NCBI RefSeq assembly: GCF_009834535.1
Contig: NC_045697.1
Span: forward strand, 70,868,001 to 70,932,000
Direction of reading: 5' to 3'
Source of the DNA: Camelus ferus
Lineage: Eukaryota
Length of the DNA stretch: 64,000 nucleotides
Part shown: positions 39,819-51,319 of the stretch, one piece after another
Numbering within the stretch: position 1 is the stretch's first letter
Layout of the letters: every line of letters begins with the position of its first letter
The notes under the pieces: model-generated
What the model was told of the DNA's origin: nothing
Database searches by the model: none
The model's input: only the letters and a program-made list of their open reading frames with translations
Position numbers and translations under genes: made by a program

Positions 39819-40279
39819 GGATTGGTTTGCCTTCTCATTTGTCACAACCAAATATTTGTATTTCAAATACTACAAAAATAAATAAATAAATAACAAGGAG
39901 GGTTTTAGCTCATTCTAAATGAAATTTCTAGGTTTTTATAATGCAAATTTCTCTTGTGGTCCAGCACACTCGTCAGAAACGCCAGTGTTCAAAATGATTC
40001 CAGCGTTTTTGTGTGTGTGTCGAAAGAACTTCATCATATTGCATTCTCTTTGGACTTGCTGCTGACTTTCTTTTCCCCAAGGTTGAGTTAAATTCAGCTG
40101 AAGATGAGGAAATTTTAAAACCGAGCCCATTTGGAAATTGGGAATTGCTGCCAATGAAAGCCATATGTAATCGCAAATCCTGATTTTAATCAGTAGTTTC
40201 AACTTTTTCACTAAGTAAACCTTTGTGCCAGAATGCTCAGGAGACAATCCTCAAGTATCATTAGCATAATTGTGCAGCC

Positions 40280-40492
40280 TTAGGGACTAAGAGCAGGACA
40301 GATCTGGGCCGACATCCAGCTCTGCCACTAACTAGCCGCGTGACCTTGAATCAGCTGCTGCATTGACATTAACCTCAGGTAGCAGCTCTCTCATTTGGCT
40401 TTTGTGAGGATTACATAAACGAAGGCAAGAAGAATATATTGTTTGAATGCCTAAAACGTGATGAGTACTCAGTAAGTATTACCTAATGTTAT
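40280..40492 (+). mobile_element. MIR SINE
   Basis: GACTAAGAGC...CCAGCTCTGCCACTAACTAGCCGCGTGACCTTG...TGTGAGGATTA...TACTCAGTAAGTATTA. Confidence 0.8.
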
Positions 40493-40534
40493 TCTTTCCC
40501 CTGAACCTTTCAAGGGAGCTGAATAGACATCATC

Positions 40535-42440
40535 TGCAAAGAAACAAAAACTAGACTGGCACCAGAACGCTCATCAAAAAGCCTGAGAAAACAGACAGTA
40601 AGCAATAATTCCAAAGTTCTGAGATGAGATTTTTCTTAACCTAAAATTCTATATCCAGCCAAATTATAAATAAGGTATATCAATATCCAACTGTCAAAAA
40701 CCACCAGGAACACAACTACAGCTGAACAAGAATCGAGTTTATTGATTCTGGCTATAGGAAGGACTTCTCATGGGGAAGTATGGGCGTCTTTGCAGGCAGG
40801 TGTTAGCACAGTTCTTACTATAAGATTTAGGCTTGCCTTGGGTGGTTTTGGGAAGAGTGCCAGGAAGTAGGGTTTGCTTTAATTTGGGTGCTGTCAGGTG
40901 GTGCGAAAGATCCTATGATTAGTTATCTTGATAATTTTTATCTAGGAGTCAGGAGAAATGGAAAAGGTAGGTCTGAAGCTTAATGGGTACAAAACAGCAA
41001 CTGCTCCTGTCGGCTAGGAGAGAGAATGCTGGGCATTTCTATGGTTTGCTCTGTGTTCTTGCTGTTGCCTGTGCACAGACACGATTCCCAAGTGATCCTG
41101 AGCACAGAGTGATCCTGTTTTTCATTTGCTCCATCATGGTCGTAGAGCCAGCTTGTCTGATGTTGGTGTTCAGTGAAATTGCCTGTGTTCACAGGAAGTG
41201 TCACGGTTAGCCTGCCACCCGCTGATGGCACTTATTGCTTCTCAGTGGAAGGGAAGAATAAGGACATTTTCACACACTCCAGGACTCAGATATTTCACCT
41301 TACATACACTTTTTCCTAAGAAATTACTTGAGAACGTGCTAAAGCCAAAACAACGGAATGAACCCAAATGAGAAGATTTTGAATCCAAGAAATATTGGCA
41401 CCCACCCAGATCTGTCAAGAACAGGCTGCTCCTACAAAAGATGATGCTTATGGCTCCTGGCACCCTGCTTTCAGGGGTGCTGGAGATCTTCCTTCTTCTA
41501 AGATTGGGTCTCCACTCTTCAATCCTTTGAGACCAGATAGTCTTAAATGAGTTGGTTTTTGCTGCAGAGAACCAAAAGATCCTAAGTAGGTCCACAGTGG
41601 AAACTGACACTTTCAGACTTACTGATAAAGAATTTAACCAAATGGAGAATAATGACATTGATAAAGGGAGGGTGCTGTTTAATACATGAAAGTAAAAGGA
41701 GGCAAAGGGTGATTTCTTTCCTCTCTCACTGTGTAACAGGACAGATGACTGCCACGTGTTTTTACAAAGAACTGAACTAAGTCAGGAAGAAAAAGGGAAG
41801 GGGGAAAAGGGAATTCAATAATGCTGTTTCTCTTGGGTGCACCCAGGATTTTGTGCAATTCTCCACGTGCTAACCAGAATTCCAGACTGAAATTGCAATG
41901 CACTGTGTAGCAATGACATTACTGTTAGACAATCATTTAAGTCCATTTTGCTCTAAGAAAAAAGAAGTAAATTATTCACAAACCATGGTAAATTAATCAC
42001 CTCAAATAATAAATCACTGATACGACTCACAATTTGTCATATCCCACCAGAGAGTTTTAACATTGAATTTAAGAAATTTGATTTTTAATGAGTCAGGTAA
42101 ATATTTTAAAATCATCTCTTAAAGCTAATCCTATAGCAGGAAAACAAATGAGGGAAATACAGTCGTCTGATCTACAACTGGTGGGAGGTAAGACTATGGT
42201 GACAAAATGAACAAGTTAAATAAGGACACTGGTGGTGCAGGAGGGAGGTGCAGAACGAATGAGAAAGGGGTGCATGAAGAGATAGGAAATCTCAAATATA
42301 TCACACAAGGGGAGAGAGCTGAAGATTGCAATTATAAATTAAGAGCGGCTAAACCTCTATTAAGGAAACTCAATGCAAATAGTAGAGAACAGAGGTGATT
42401 TAGCAGCTCTGTTGGGGGTATTTGAAGATAGGAAAACAGA
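40535..42440 (+). mobile_element. Ancient L1 (L1M/L1ME-type ORF1-region remnant), interrupted by an LTR
   Basis: AGCAATAATTCCAAAGTTCTGAG...AACCTAAAATTCTATATCCAGCCAAA before 40692. Continues GGGAAGAATAAGGACATTTTCACAC...CCTAAGAAATTACTTGAG after 41244. Downstream extent approximate. Confidence 0.55.
40692..41244 (-). mobile_element. Solo LTR of an old ERV family
   Basis: TG...CA ends, minus-strand AATAAA (TTTATT ~40738-40743), ~550 bp long, cleanly interrupts L1 sequence. Confidence 0.7.
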
Positions 42441-42468
42441 TAACACTTTCCAAACTATTGCTATTTTT

Positions 42469-42493
42469 TAAACATTTTTTAATTGAGTTATAT
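42469..42493 (-). mobile_element. Ultra-short L1 3'-end insertion with 17-bp TSD
   Basis: TAAACATTTTTTAATTGAGTTATAT (cf. L1 terminus at 1963-1986) between identical AAACTATTGCTATTTTT copies at 42452-42468 and 42494-42510. Confidence 0.75.
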
Positions 42494-42879
42494 AAACTAT
42501 TGCTATTTTTAAATTATATTTCTATGATTTTGTATCATAAAAGAAACGAACAGGAAAAGGTGAACTTTAAATTAGATAATATAAAATTTGAGAAGAAACA
42601 TCATAAAATTGGAAGAATTATGTTAGTTTATTTAAAAGATGTAAGAAATAATGTTTTCCAAATAATAGAACTGATCAAAATAAAATCGCCTCTCAAATAA
42701 AGCACAGACTTAATATAGAGTATAAAAATAAAATACTATCACTTTTACCATGGTATGCACTTTAGAAATAGTTTTAGAGATTCATAAAGATTTGTGATCA
42801 ACTCATTAAAATTTTTTTTAACTAAAGGTGGATTCTGAATTTGATGAGCAGTTGACAGTCTCATAAAATAACACTTTAA

Positions 42880-43010
42880 GACTTTTAATTCAATTTACCT
42901 AAATTGGCTTGAAAATTGGTTGGCAGGCTATCCAATGAATGCAACAAAGTGACATTTGGGGTGCCCGATGAAGTGCCCCAGGAACCAACATGAATTCAGT
43001 CTCACTGAAT
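42880..43010 (+). mobile_element. Possible CR1/L3 reverse-transcriptase relic
   Basis: TGGCTTGAAAATTGGTTGGCAGGC reads WLENWLAG. GAAGTGCCCCAGGAA reads EVPQE, resembling the RT GVPQG motif. Confidence 0.4.
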
Positions 43011-43743
43011 GTACGAACAGAACAGAGCCCTCTCCGAGGCAACAACTGAACACAAATTACATTTTCAAAGTACCTAACACTCTAAGGCCTCAGACTTATT
43101 ATATTTAAATCAAATGGTTTTTGAGTTTTGATAACAACTTTCATCATTTAGGATTTAAAAAAAAAAAAACTTCACTAGGCAGGCCTCCAGCAAAAAAAGT
43201 AGTTAAATTTAACAACAGAGATTTCCTCTGCTTGCCTTATCTGTTTCTGTTTACAGATTGAATGGAGGAAGAAGACAGAGAAGGCAGAAACTCTCCCTCC
43301 AGCTTTGAAAGGAGTCCCACTAGGAGGACAATGGGATCCCAGGTGGAGGGAGAGGAGTGAGGGATGGATGCTCAAAATACAAGTGGACGCCAGCCTCCCA
43401 GTTTCTGCTGCGCGCTGTAGGGAACTGAAAATTCACTTCCTCTGGCAAATTATGTAACCAATTATACCTGCTCCTGTTTCTGAGGCAATGGGATTTGAAG
43501 AAAGTGAGCAATATGACAATATAAATCCCAAACTGCATTGAGAAATTTTTCATATTTTTAGTAAAACCACACCTAAATCATTCAGTCCTTTGACTGCCCT
43601 GCTTACAAACACAGAAATCTTTACCTACATGATCCTCACAGAGAATTCACAAAGTTTAGAAAATACTCTTCTTTAGAGAAAAGGAATTGCATGAATTCAG
43701 GACTTCCCCCAACATACTGATGAAATCTCTCTTTTTAAAGAAG

Positions 43744-43962
43744 TTTTTTGTTGACATATAGTCGATTTACAATGTTGTGTTAATTTCTGGTGTATAGCAT
43801 AGTGATTGACTTGTCTATACAAAAATATATTCCTTTTCATATTCTTTTTCATTACAGGCAGTTACAAGGTATTCAGTAAAGTTCCCTGTGTTATACCGTA
43901 GGACCTTGCTGTTTACCTATTTTACGTATAATAGTTAGTATCTGCAAATCCCAAACTCCCAA
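43744..43962 (-). mobile_element. L1 3' end, 5'-truncated
   Basis: TTTTTTGTTGACATATAGTCGATTTACAATGTTGTGTTAATTTCTGGTGTATAGCATAGTGATT...TCTGCAAATCCCAAACTCCCAA. Confidence 0.9.
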
Positions 43963-44447
43963 GGAAATTTTGACTTCCCCAATAAACTGCAAGCAAATAT
44001 TATGATCGTCCAGTGCGCCACCTACATTCCAAATGAAAACATGATAATCTTATCAATGTTGAAATTACTTGTGTGAAGGAGATCTGGCAATTTCCCTCAA
44101 TAACTCAGTCTAATATAATTATGCATCTGACATAATGTTCATTATGACAACAAAATGAAAAACAGAGAGGCGAAAAACAATCAATTGGAGATCAAAGCAT
44201 GATATATGCCTGGCTAATTGAGAAGAGAGATAATTAACTAGTTTAATTATCAATGTTTCGTTAATTCTCTGATAAGAAGCTTAAAAATAAAAAAGGAGTA
44301 ATAAGAATTTCAATCCCAAATGAGTAATGTTACCATAATTACAGGCCATATTTGTTTTGTTTTATTATTGACACATACTCAATTTTTGGACTGGAACATA
44401 GTGGGCTTTTGCTGTGTTGACGTTCTCATGTGGGAGGGAATTCTTTT

Positions 44448-45046
44448 TTGTTTTATTGAAGTATGATCAGTTTACAATGTTGTGTCAATTTCTGTGTACA
44501 GCATAGTGTTTCAGTCATACATATACATACAAATATTAGTTTTCAGATTCTTTTTCATTATAGGGTATTACAAGATATTGAATACAGTTTCCTGTGCTAT
44601 ATGGAATAAACATGTTGTTTATCTATTTTATATACAGTAGTTAGTGTCTGCAAATCTCAAACTCCCAGTTTATCCCTTCCTACCCTCTCCCCTCTGCCAG
44701 TAACCATAAATTTGTTTTCTATGTTGGTGAGTCTGTCTATGTTTTATAAATAAGTTCATTTGTGTCTTTTTTTTAGATTCTACATATAAGTAATATCATA
44801 TGGTATTTTTCTTTCTCTTTCTGGCTTACCTTACTTATAATGATGATCTCCAGGTCCATCCATGTTGCTGCAAATGGCATTATTTTATTCTTTTTTATGG
44901 CCAAGTAGTATTCCATTGTATAAATATATCACAACTTCTTTACCCAGTCATCTGCTCATGGACATTTAGGGTGTCTCCATGTCTTGGCTATTGTAAATAG
45001 TGCTGCTATGAACACTGGGGTGCATGCATCTTTTCAAATTAGGCTT
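44448..45046 (-). mobile_element. L1 3' ~600 bp with TSD
   Basis: Typical L1 3' UTR/ORF2 end. TSD TG(G/A)GAGGGAATTCTTTT at 44431-44447 and 45047-45063. Confidence 0.93.
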
Positions 45047-45762
45047 TGAGAGGGAATTCTTTTGATACCAGCTGTCCTCCTTTATCCTAGCTTATCTCCC
45101 ACAACTCTGCTCTCCCTGGCCCAGCCCAGAACAATGCAGTGGCCACAGTGATGCATTCCCAGTCCCACCACCCCGACTCATCCCACACCTAGTGGGGAGC
45201 AGCAGCAGAAGAAACTAATAAAACCTTATATTCAAGGTGAGGAGACAAGCTTCTTAGAACCTGTGCTCCAGTTACCTTGTCTGCTCTTCACTCCCCTCAG
45301 CATGCATTAAACATTCTCAATCTTTAAAATCTTTCCCATATCAGCCCACTTTCCTTCAGACCTACTGATGTGTCTCTAACAGGGAAATAACTAAAAGATG
45401 AACCTGACACCTCATCTCCTAAACTTCTGCTTCCCCCTCCTCCAAGCCACCCTACTCACCTTCCCCATTACGTGCATCAATGTAAAAGATTTTTGAGGAT
45501 TTACAGGGCCAAAACACTTGTCAGCCTGGAATCAAAAACCCCGATGTAGATCGATTCACTCAATTCTTACTCTTTAACAACACTAATTCCTTTAAATTTC
45601 CTAGGATCAGCAAATGAGGTTTTTTTCTTCTTTGAAATATTTCTGTCCCTCAACAGAAATGCTGCAAAAATTCTACCAATCCTTAAAGCTCTGGTCCAAA
45701 TATCATTTTCTCCCTGAAAAATGGCCCCATCTCTGCAAGTGGAAATTTTCTCTCTCTCTCCG

Positions 45763-45806
45763 TCATCACCACCACCACCATCACTAGCATCATCATTATC
45801 ATCATC
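45763..45806. repeat. (CAC/CAT)n low-complexity trinucleotide tract
   Basis: TCATCACCACCACCACCATCACTAGCATCATCATTATCATCATC. Confidence 0.8.
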
Positions 45807-47099
45807 TTTGGAACACTTCAATTGTTCCAGCTTCAGGCTAGCACCAGAAATATTGTGTCTGGATCCAACACCCTCTACTAGATCCTAATCTGTTGGAGGC
45901 CACAGTGCCTAGTCTGAAAAATTTGGATCGTCAATTTTGAGCTAGTAAATGGTAACGTTTCTTTTTTTTCTCTTCTCTCTTTCAATTCTGTAAATGACAA
46001 AGTGAGATGGAAGGATGAAGGGAGTACAGATTGAGACAATCAGAGTGAAAAGTCTACTTTCCTTTCTTTCCCTTACTTGCTAACTTATTCTGTATTTCTA
46101 TAACATGCTGCTTTGTAGGAAGAAGAAAGTAGGCTTAAGGTAGCACTTCTTAAAGAGACAATTGAGGCATAGTTTGTAAGCTTCCAAGAAAAGGGAAAAC
46201 CATACTTTCAAACTTTTTCTTGTCCCATAATTGATTTCACTCTCCATTATCTGCAAGAAGCAAGTGAACAAGGCAAAACTATTCATATTTTAAAAGGTAG
46301 ATTAGATTCTGTTCCTTGTTCCCAAGATGAAGCTAGTGGAGGATAAATCACCCAGCAAGCAGACAAGGAAGAAGAGCCCCCTCCACCCTCGTGTGACACA
46401 GCTCTTTTCCTGAGGTTACTCCCGGTCAAACGGGACAATGCTGCCTCTGGAATCTGTCAAAACATACACACACCCCACCATGTGTGTATATTAGTACCAC
46501 GTAATGGGTAAGTCAGGCAGAACATCACAAACATTCATCCACGGTCCATGCTGCTTCAGGGAGATTTTGAGCCCTTGAGGATTCAGAAGGGAATCAAACA
46601 AAGGGCCGTGACCCTCTTGGAAACTTCACTCTGAATATGGTAGACTTCACCCAAATAATTAAATAATGGAAGTGTGCCTACTGTTATTTTTAAGAAAAGC
46701 CCCACACACAGGTGTTGGTGTCCACCTCTGCCATTCAGGTGTGCGCGACCACGGGCAAAGGCAGCAGCATGAATGTGTATTTACTAAGCACTTGTTATGA
46801 CACTGCATTAAAGGTCCTTAGCTCAATGTTGGCTCATGCTGAGTGTTCAGTAAGTGACAAGGAACATGGAAATGGCCCCTTGCTAAGGAATCATGTGTTT
46901 CCATTTCTAAACTTTATTTCTCATGTCACTCGAAACAGACTAGGAATATTATAAAATGCACTCCACCTTTACAGTTTCAGTGCACCATCGCCAAAAGTTG
47001 GTGTGCAAAGTGCCAGGGGTCTTAACTGGTGGATGAACTCTCTCCTCTTTTTTTCCTCTTTTTCCTCGCTACCTACCCAATTCAAGGTCTCTGGAGGCT

Positions 47100-47830
47100 C
47101 AATCCCTGGTTTACGACGGGCGATACAGTAACAGGAGCACGGGATTTAGAGCTAACTAGACTTGGGGGTAAACTATGCTCTACCGGTGACTGGGCACATA
47201 AACTTAAATCATCTGCGAAGTGGAAGTAACATTCGCTGCATACAACCTCTACGCGCCTGAGATGTGGGCGCATACAGAAGGACCCACAACGACCCCTGGG
47301 GGAGGACTGAGATACTTGAGCTATTCTTTGAGGACAAACAAGATTCAGTTCTTTATTGAAAGGCCATAGATGCCAGAGCAGCACTGCACTGATACCTTCC
47401 AAGGGTAATGAGAAGCTGTTCTTCCCATTTGTCCTAAGCAGGTGTTAAACCAGATGCGAGGCAGCGATTCACTTTCTACCAGCAAAGTGGCTGGTGGAGG
47501 AAGACTGGGGTTGCCGGCAACAGCGCTTGTTAAAATACGCAAATGGAGCTGACTTTCCCAGTTGGAGCTCAAGTCAAACACAAAGAGACTGCAAGGGTGG
47601 GCCTACCGTCCCTGTTTCATCAATGGCTAATGGGCAGACGCTATTGCTGCCTTACTTAGAGTCTCAGTCCAAACCCGCAGCTCGGCTTCCTTTATTACGG
47701 CCTGCAGTCTCTAAATGCTGTGCAGGAGTTTCTGAGGACTCACCTGGGAGAACATCGCGGGCCGCTGGATGGATACGCACAGGCACAAATAAGTAATGGA
47801 GAACTGGCTCAGGCAGGAGGACTTACATAT
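47100..47830 (-). promoter_or_regulatory. CpG-retaining segment, candidate promoter/enhancer with minus-strand splice donors
   Basis: About 25 CpGs in ~700 bp by eye count, well above the flanks, with no repeat recognised. Minus-strand CAG|GTGAGT at 47744/47743 and AT|GTAAGT near 47827/47826. Confidence 0.4.
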
Positions 47831-49324
47831 TTTTTCCTCAGATGGCATATTTGAGCTTTAGAAACAACGCATTCTTGTTCTCCTGCTAGCAAGGAGTAAT
47901 GAAACCAGAGCCTTGCCTTCCCAGCAGCTCTCGCCTTTGAATCGTGCAAAGCAGAAATGATACCCCATTTGTAGGCAGCAGCAGCCTCCAGAAGCTACAG
48001 GAACATTGCCAAGAGCCCTGAAAAACCTCCACAGATAATTGGGAACCGGCTTATTAGTGACACTTTTGAGAGTCAGTTTGTCATTGATGAGAACAGAAGG
48101 GGAACACGGTGGGCGCTGTAGCCTGGAATTAGGCTGTGGGAGGGAGGGCTGGTTCCTGCTTCTCACAGGAACATTGCTCGGTAATTTTCTCCAACGCTGT
48201 GCTCAGCTGGCTTGCAAAAGCCCTGGATCTTGGGAGGAGGCTGCAGGCAACACGTTAGCCTCCTCTCCTCCTTTAACACTGCCCCGCCACCACCATCCAC
48301 AGCAGGGGAGCTCTGAGACCTCAGGAAGGGACCCCAAGTAGTCAACACAATAGGGAAAAACCATATTCCCTCTTAGCAGCCTTTTGAACATGTGTCTACA
48401 TTTTTATATTGCTAACTGAAAGTGGGTTTTTCCCACAATTGTTAGACAATTACAGTAGCAAATAACCCCTCTAAGGTTTTGTGTAAATATGAAAAACTCA
48501 GTAAAGAGGGAAATAAGGTGAAGAACTAAAAAATTTTTTAAAGTTAATTTGTCAAAGTATCAGTCAGGTCAGATTTAGGAAGCATCCCAAGAAATGAATA
48601 TGATTAGTGATTTCAATTAAAATCTCTTCAGGAAGGTGATCACTGGTGTCAGGCCAGCCCCAGTCCAGCAGGATGCCACATTCTGAGTGCCGCCTTGGAG
48701 TTTCCAGAGAAATGTTGCCCTGATAACAAAGTGGGTTTCTCAGCTCCCTCCCCACTGGGAGGATGGTGTATGATCTGGATAGCCTTCTTTGATTTCTGTG
48801 CTAAAGTTCTAGCCCTCACCCCAGAGGGAAAAAAAATGAAGAGGAAGAATCTGTGTCCTTGTGCATTAGCAAGGGGGCCGTGGGCCTGGGGTAGCACACC
48901 TCTGCCATTTGATGTGCTTCCTACTGGGTAAACTGAGGGGATCTTGATGCTATCCTCATGGAAAGAACTGTAGACCCTGGAATCAACTCCTAGAATCTAC
49001 ACTAGGGTGGAAGCAAGCTCAAGGAGCTCTCCTGAAGGTACTAGAAGTCCACCTGAGCACAGGGACTGGGATGTGGAAATCACAGCTCACGGGCACCAGC
49101 TCGCTGCCTTCCCCCATTAATGGCCTTTCACATCTAGTTCAGCAAATTCATTCTTTCCTCATAATAGTGATTTAGCCTTTGCATATTCCATAATTCAGCC
49201 CAACCTGTGACATGATACGTTTCCTGAATCTCAAGGTAATTCAGCCTCTCTTTACCTCTTGCTCTTAACATCACACACATGCACGCGCGCACACACACAC
49301 AGAGTTTAGTGGCACACAAAATTG

Positions 49325-50110
49325 GATCGGTGGCCTACCCAATAGTTGCCCATTTTTCCCTCCATCCTCCTTTGCCAGGATAGTTTTCCTCCCAAAAGAG
49401 CCTAAAGTGTCAGTCACCAGCCTCCCCAGCTTTCTTGCTGCTAAACGTAGTCATGTGACATAGCTTTAAGGTGGCCAAGTGACAGAGACTTGTAGTGCCA
49501 ATGTGATGACATAACCCATCTGGAGTGGCCATGTGACAAAGTTCTTGAGTGGTGAGGTGACACAGTTCTGGGATAGCTGGATGATACAGTGCTTGGGTAG
49601 CTATGTGACACAGGTCCCTGGTGGGTGCAATATGTTCCTGGGTGGCGATGTGACACTATTCTGGAGTGGCAGTAGAAACAGTCCTGGGGTGGTCTCATGA
49701 CACAGGTATGGGATGGCTATGTGACACAGTTCTGGGGTAGCAATGCGATGTAGTTCTCTGGAGTGGTGATGGGACACAGGAGATATCCATGTAAACATTT
49801 CTGATCAATGGAGCCTAAAGGATGTGTGCCCTCATGTAGAAAAGCATTCCTAGGAATTTCTAGGAACGATTCCCCCTCAATATAAAGAAGGATAGGAAAA
49901 GGACCTTTCTCACCATAGGCTTCCCCTTTCTCTTCTCACCTTGAAACACCTTTACACGAGCATGTGATGCAACGATGTCAGACCTTTCATCTGCTAAGGA
50001 TGGTAGACGAATGAAGAGTGCCTGGAACCTTGATAGCATTTTGCGTGAGTGCAACAACCTTTGGCTTGCCTGCCCCTGAGCTCTTCAGTAAGATAATAAC
50101 TCAACCCCTC
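49325..50110 (+). mobile_element. MaLR LTR (MLT1G/H/J-like) expanded by an internal tandem array
   Basis: CCCAGCTTTCTTGCTGCTA...GTCATGTGAC before the array. TTCTGATCAATG and GAAGAGTGCCTGGAACCTTGATAGCATT...TGCCTGCCCCTGAGCTCTT after it. Confidence 0.65.
49447..49781. repeat. Degenerate 24-bp minisatellite, ~14 copies, consensus GTGGCYATGTGACACAGTTCTGGR
   Basis: Unit starts at 49447, 49471, 49495, 49525, 49549, 49573, 49597, 49621, 49642, 49666, 49689, 49713, 49737 and 49763. Nine units are exactly 24 bp. Confidence 0.9.
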
Positions 50111-51319
50111 ATATTTACATCACACACACACAAGCATACACTTGCACTATTTATTTTTATTACATGTATTTGTGTTTATTGCATACACACAATTCTGCTA
50201 GCATAGGAAACTGTAAGCATTTCCCTATAATCATTAAAATTGTTCTTCAGGCAAAGATGTGAGTTGCTTTTTAGTAAAAGTTTAGGACAAAAAATCCATT
50301 TGAAACATAGTGAAGAATAGCATGAGTAGTCTCCTTTGGTTACATAAATAATATGAGGCAAGTCGGCTCCCTGATCTGGAGTAAAGACACAAGACTTTTT
50401 GATTGACCAAGTCATGTACTAAATACTCCATGGTAAGCAGTTCTAGGGAGAGAGTGGCCAATTTGCATAAGAAGCTGCGGGCCTTCTAGGAGACTAAAAG
50501 TCCCCCAATTCCTGCTGTCCAAAGTTTAAAATCAGGGATACCAATCAATTTGCACTAAGGTGGCCAGAACTACCTGCGGTAAAATTACCTTGACCAAAGT
50601 CAGACTAGGCTCATGGTCTATGGTTCAGTGTATTCACACTGAAAGCTTTACAGTTTCCCTGTCAGTGATTGCAACTTGGGAGACAATAGTAGAGCGTGAA
50701 ACCTAGAAACCTCACTGTCTACGTGGAGGGATGTGAACAAGAAAGGACACGCCAGAGCCGGTAGACAAATTATATCATCTGTCAAGTCTCATCTGCCCAG
50801 GATGTGGCAATAATGCAGCAGTGAGATTACTAGATGGCAACTCCCAGTTTGTTTCCTGTGTATGCAAGTGAGCCAGATCTCCCACTCTGACTCACTTTAA
50901 TACTGTGAGCAAATGACAGGTTCTTGAACAAATTGGGATGGGGAGACCCGAAAGGAGAATTAATGAAATTCCCACTAGTAGGACTTGTGGAAGTCAGGAT
51001 ATTAGCTAAAAATGAATGAATGAATGTATAAAAGCATTAGTACCCCCCATTATTGATGAAGGGTATGCAAAGTTTGCCTATTTCACACATATACTTTCTT
51101 AAATATCAACGTTGAGAACTGAATGAAAACTTTTGATCGTCCCCAAATAAGATGAGTAATTAAGCACAATTATTCTTCTCTAGTGTAATCTTTCTGTTCT
51201 TTGATAAAATGTTTCATTTCAGATAAGATTTCCTAACAAGTTAACTGCTTTTCAAGAAAGTTTTCTAAGGTCAAATAAATGTGGAGAACACTCAATATAC
51301 AAATTTGAACCTGTTGCTT

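Noticed and set aside
41242..41658. Longest ORF (138 aa)
   Set aside because: Antisense to a decayed L1 region, with no homology and no supporting splice signals.
43701..43989. GACTTCCCC(C)AA.A.ACTG similarity on both sides of the L1 as a TSD
   Set aside because: The copies do not abut the L1 ends and are imperfect, so this cannot be separated from chance.
49447..49781. CRISPR array interpretation of the 24-bp repeat
   Set aside because: Units are head-to-tail with no unique spacers, are degenerate, derive from an LTR motif, and there are no cas genes in this mammalian DNA.
49441..49798. Repetitive His/Ser-rich ORFs (49441-49698, 49601-49798) as a repeat protein or zinc finger
   Set aside because: The periodicity only reflects the 24-bp DNA unit. 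Indels break the frame and there is no C2H2 spacing.
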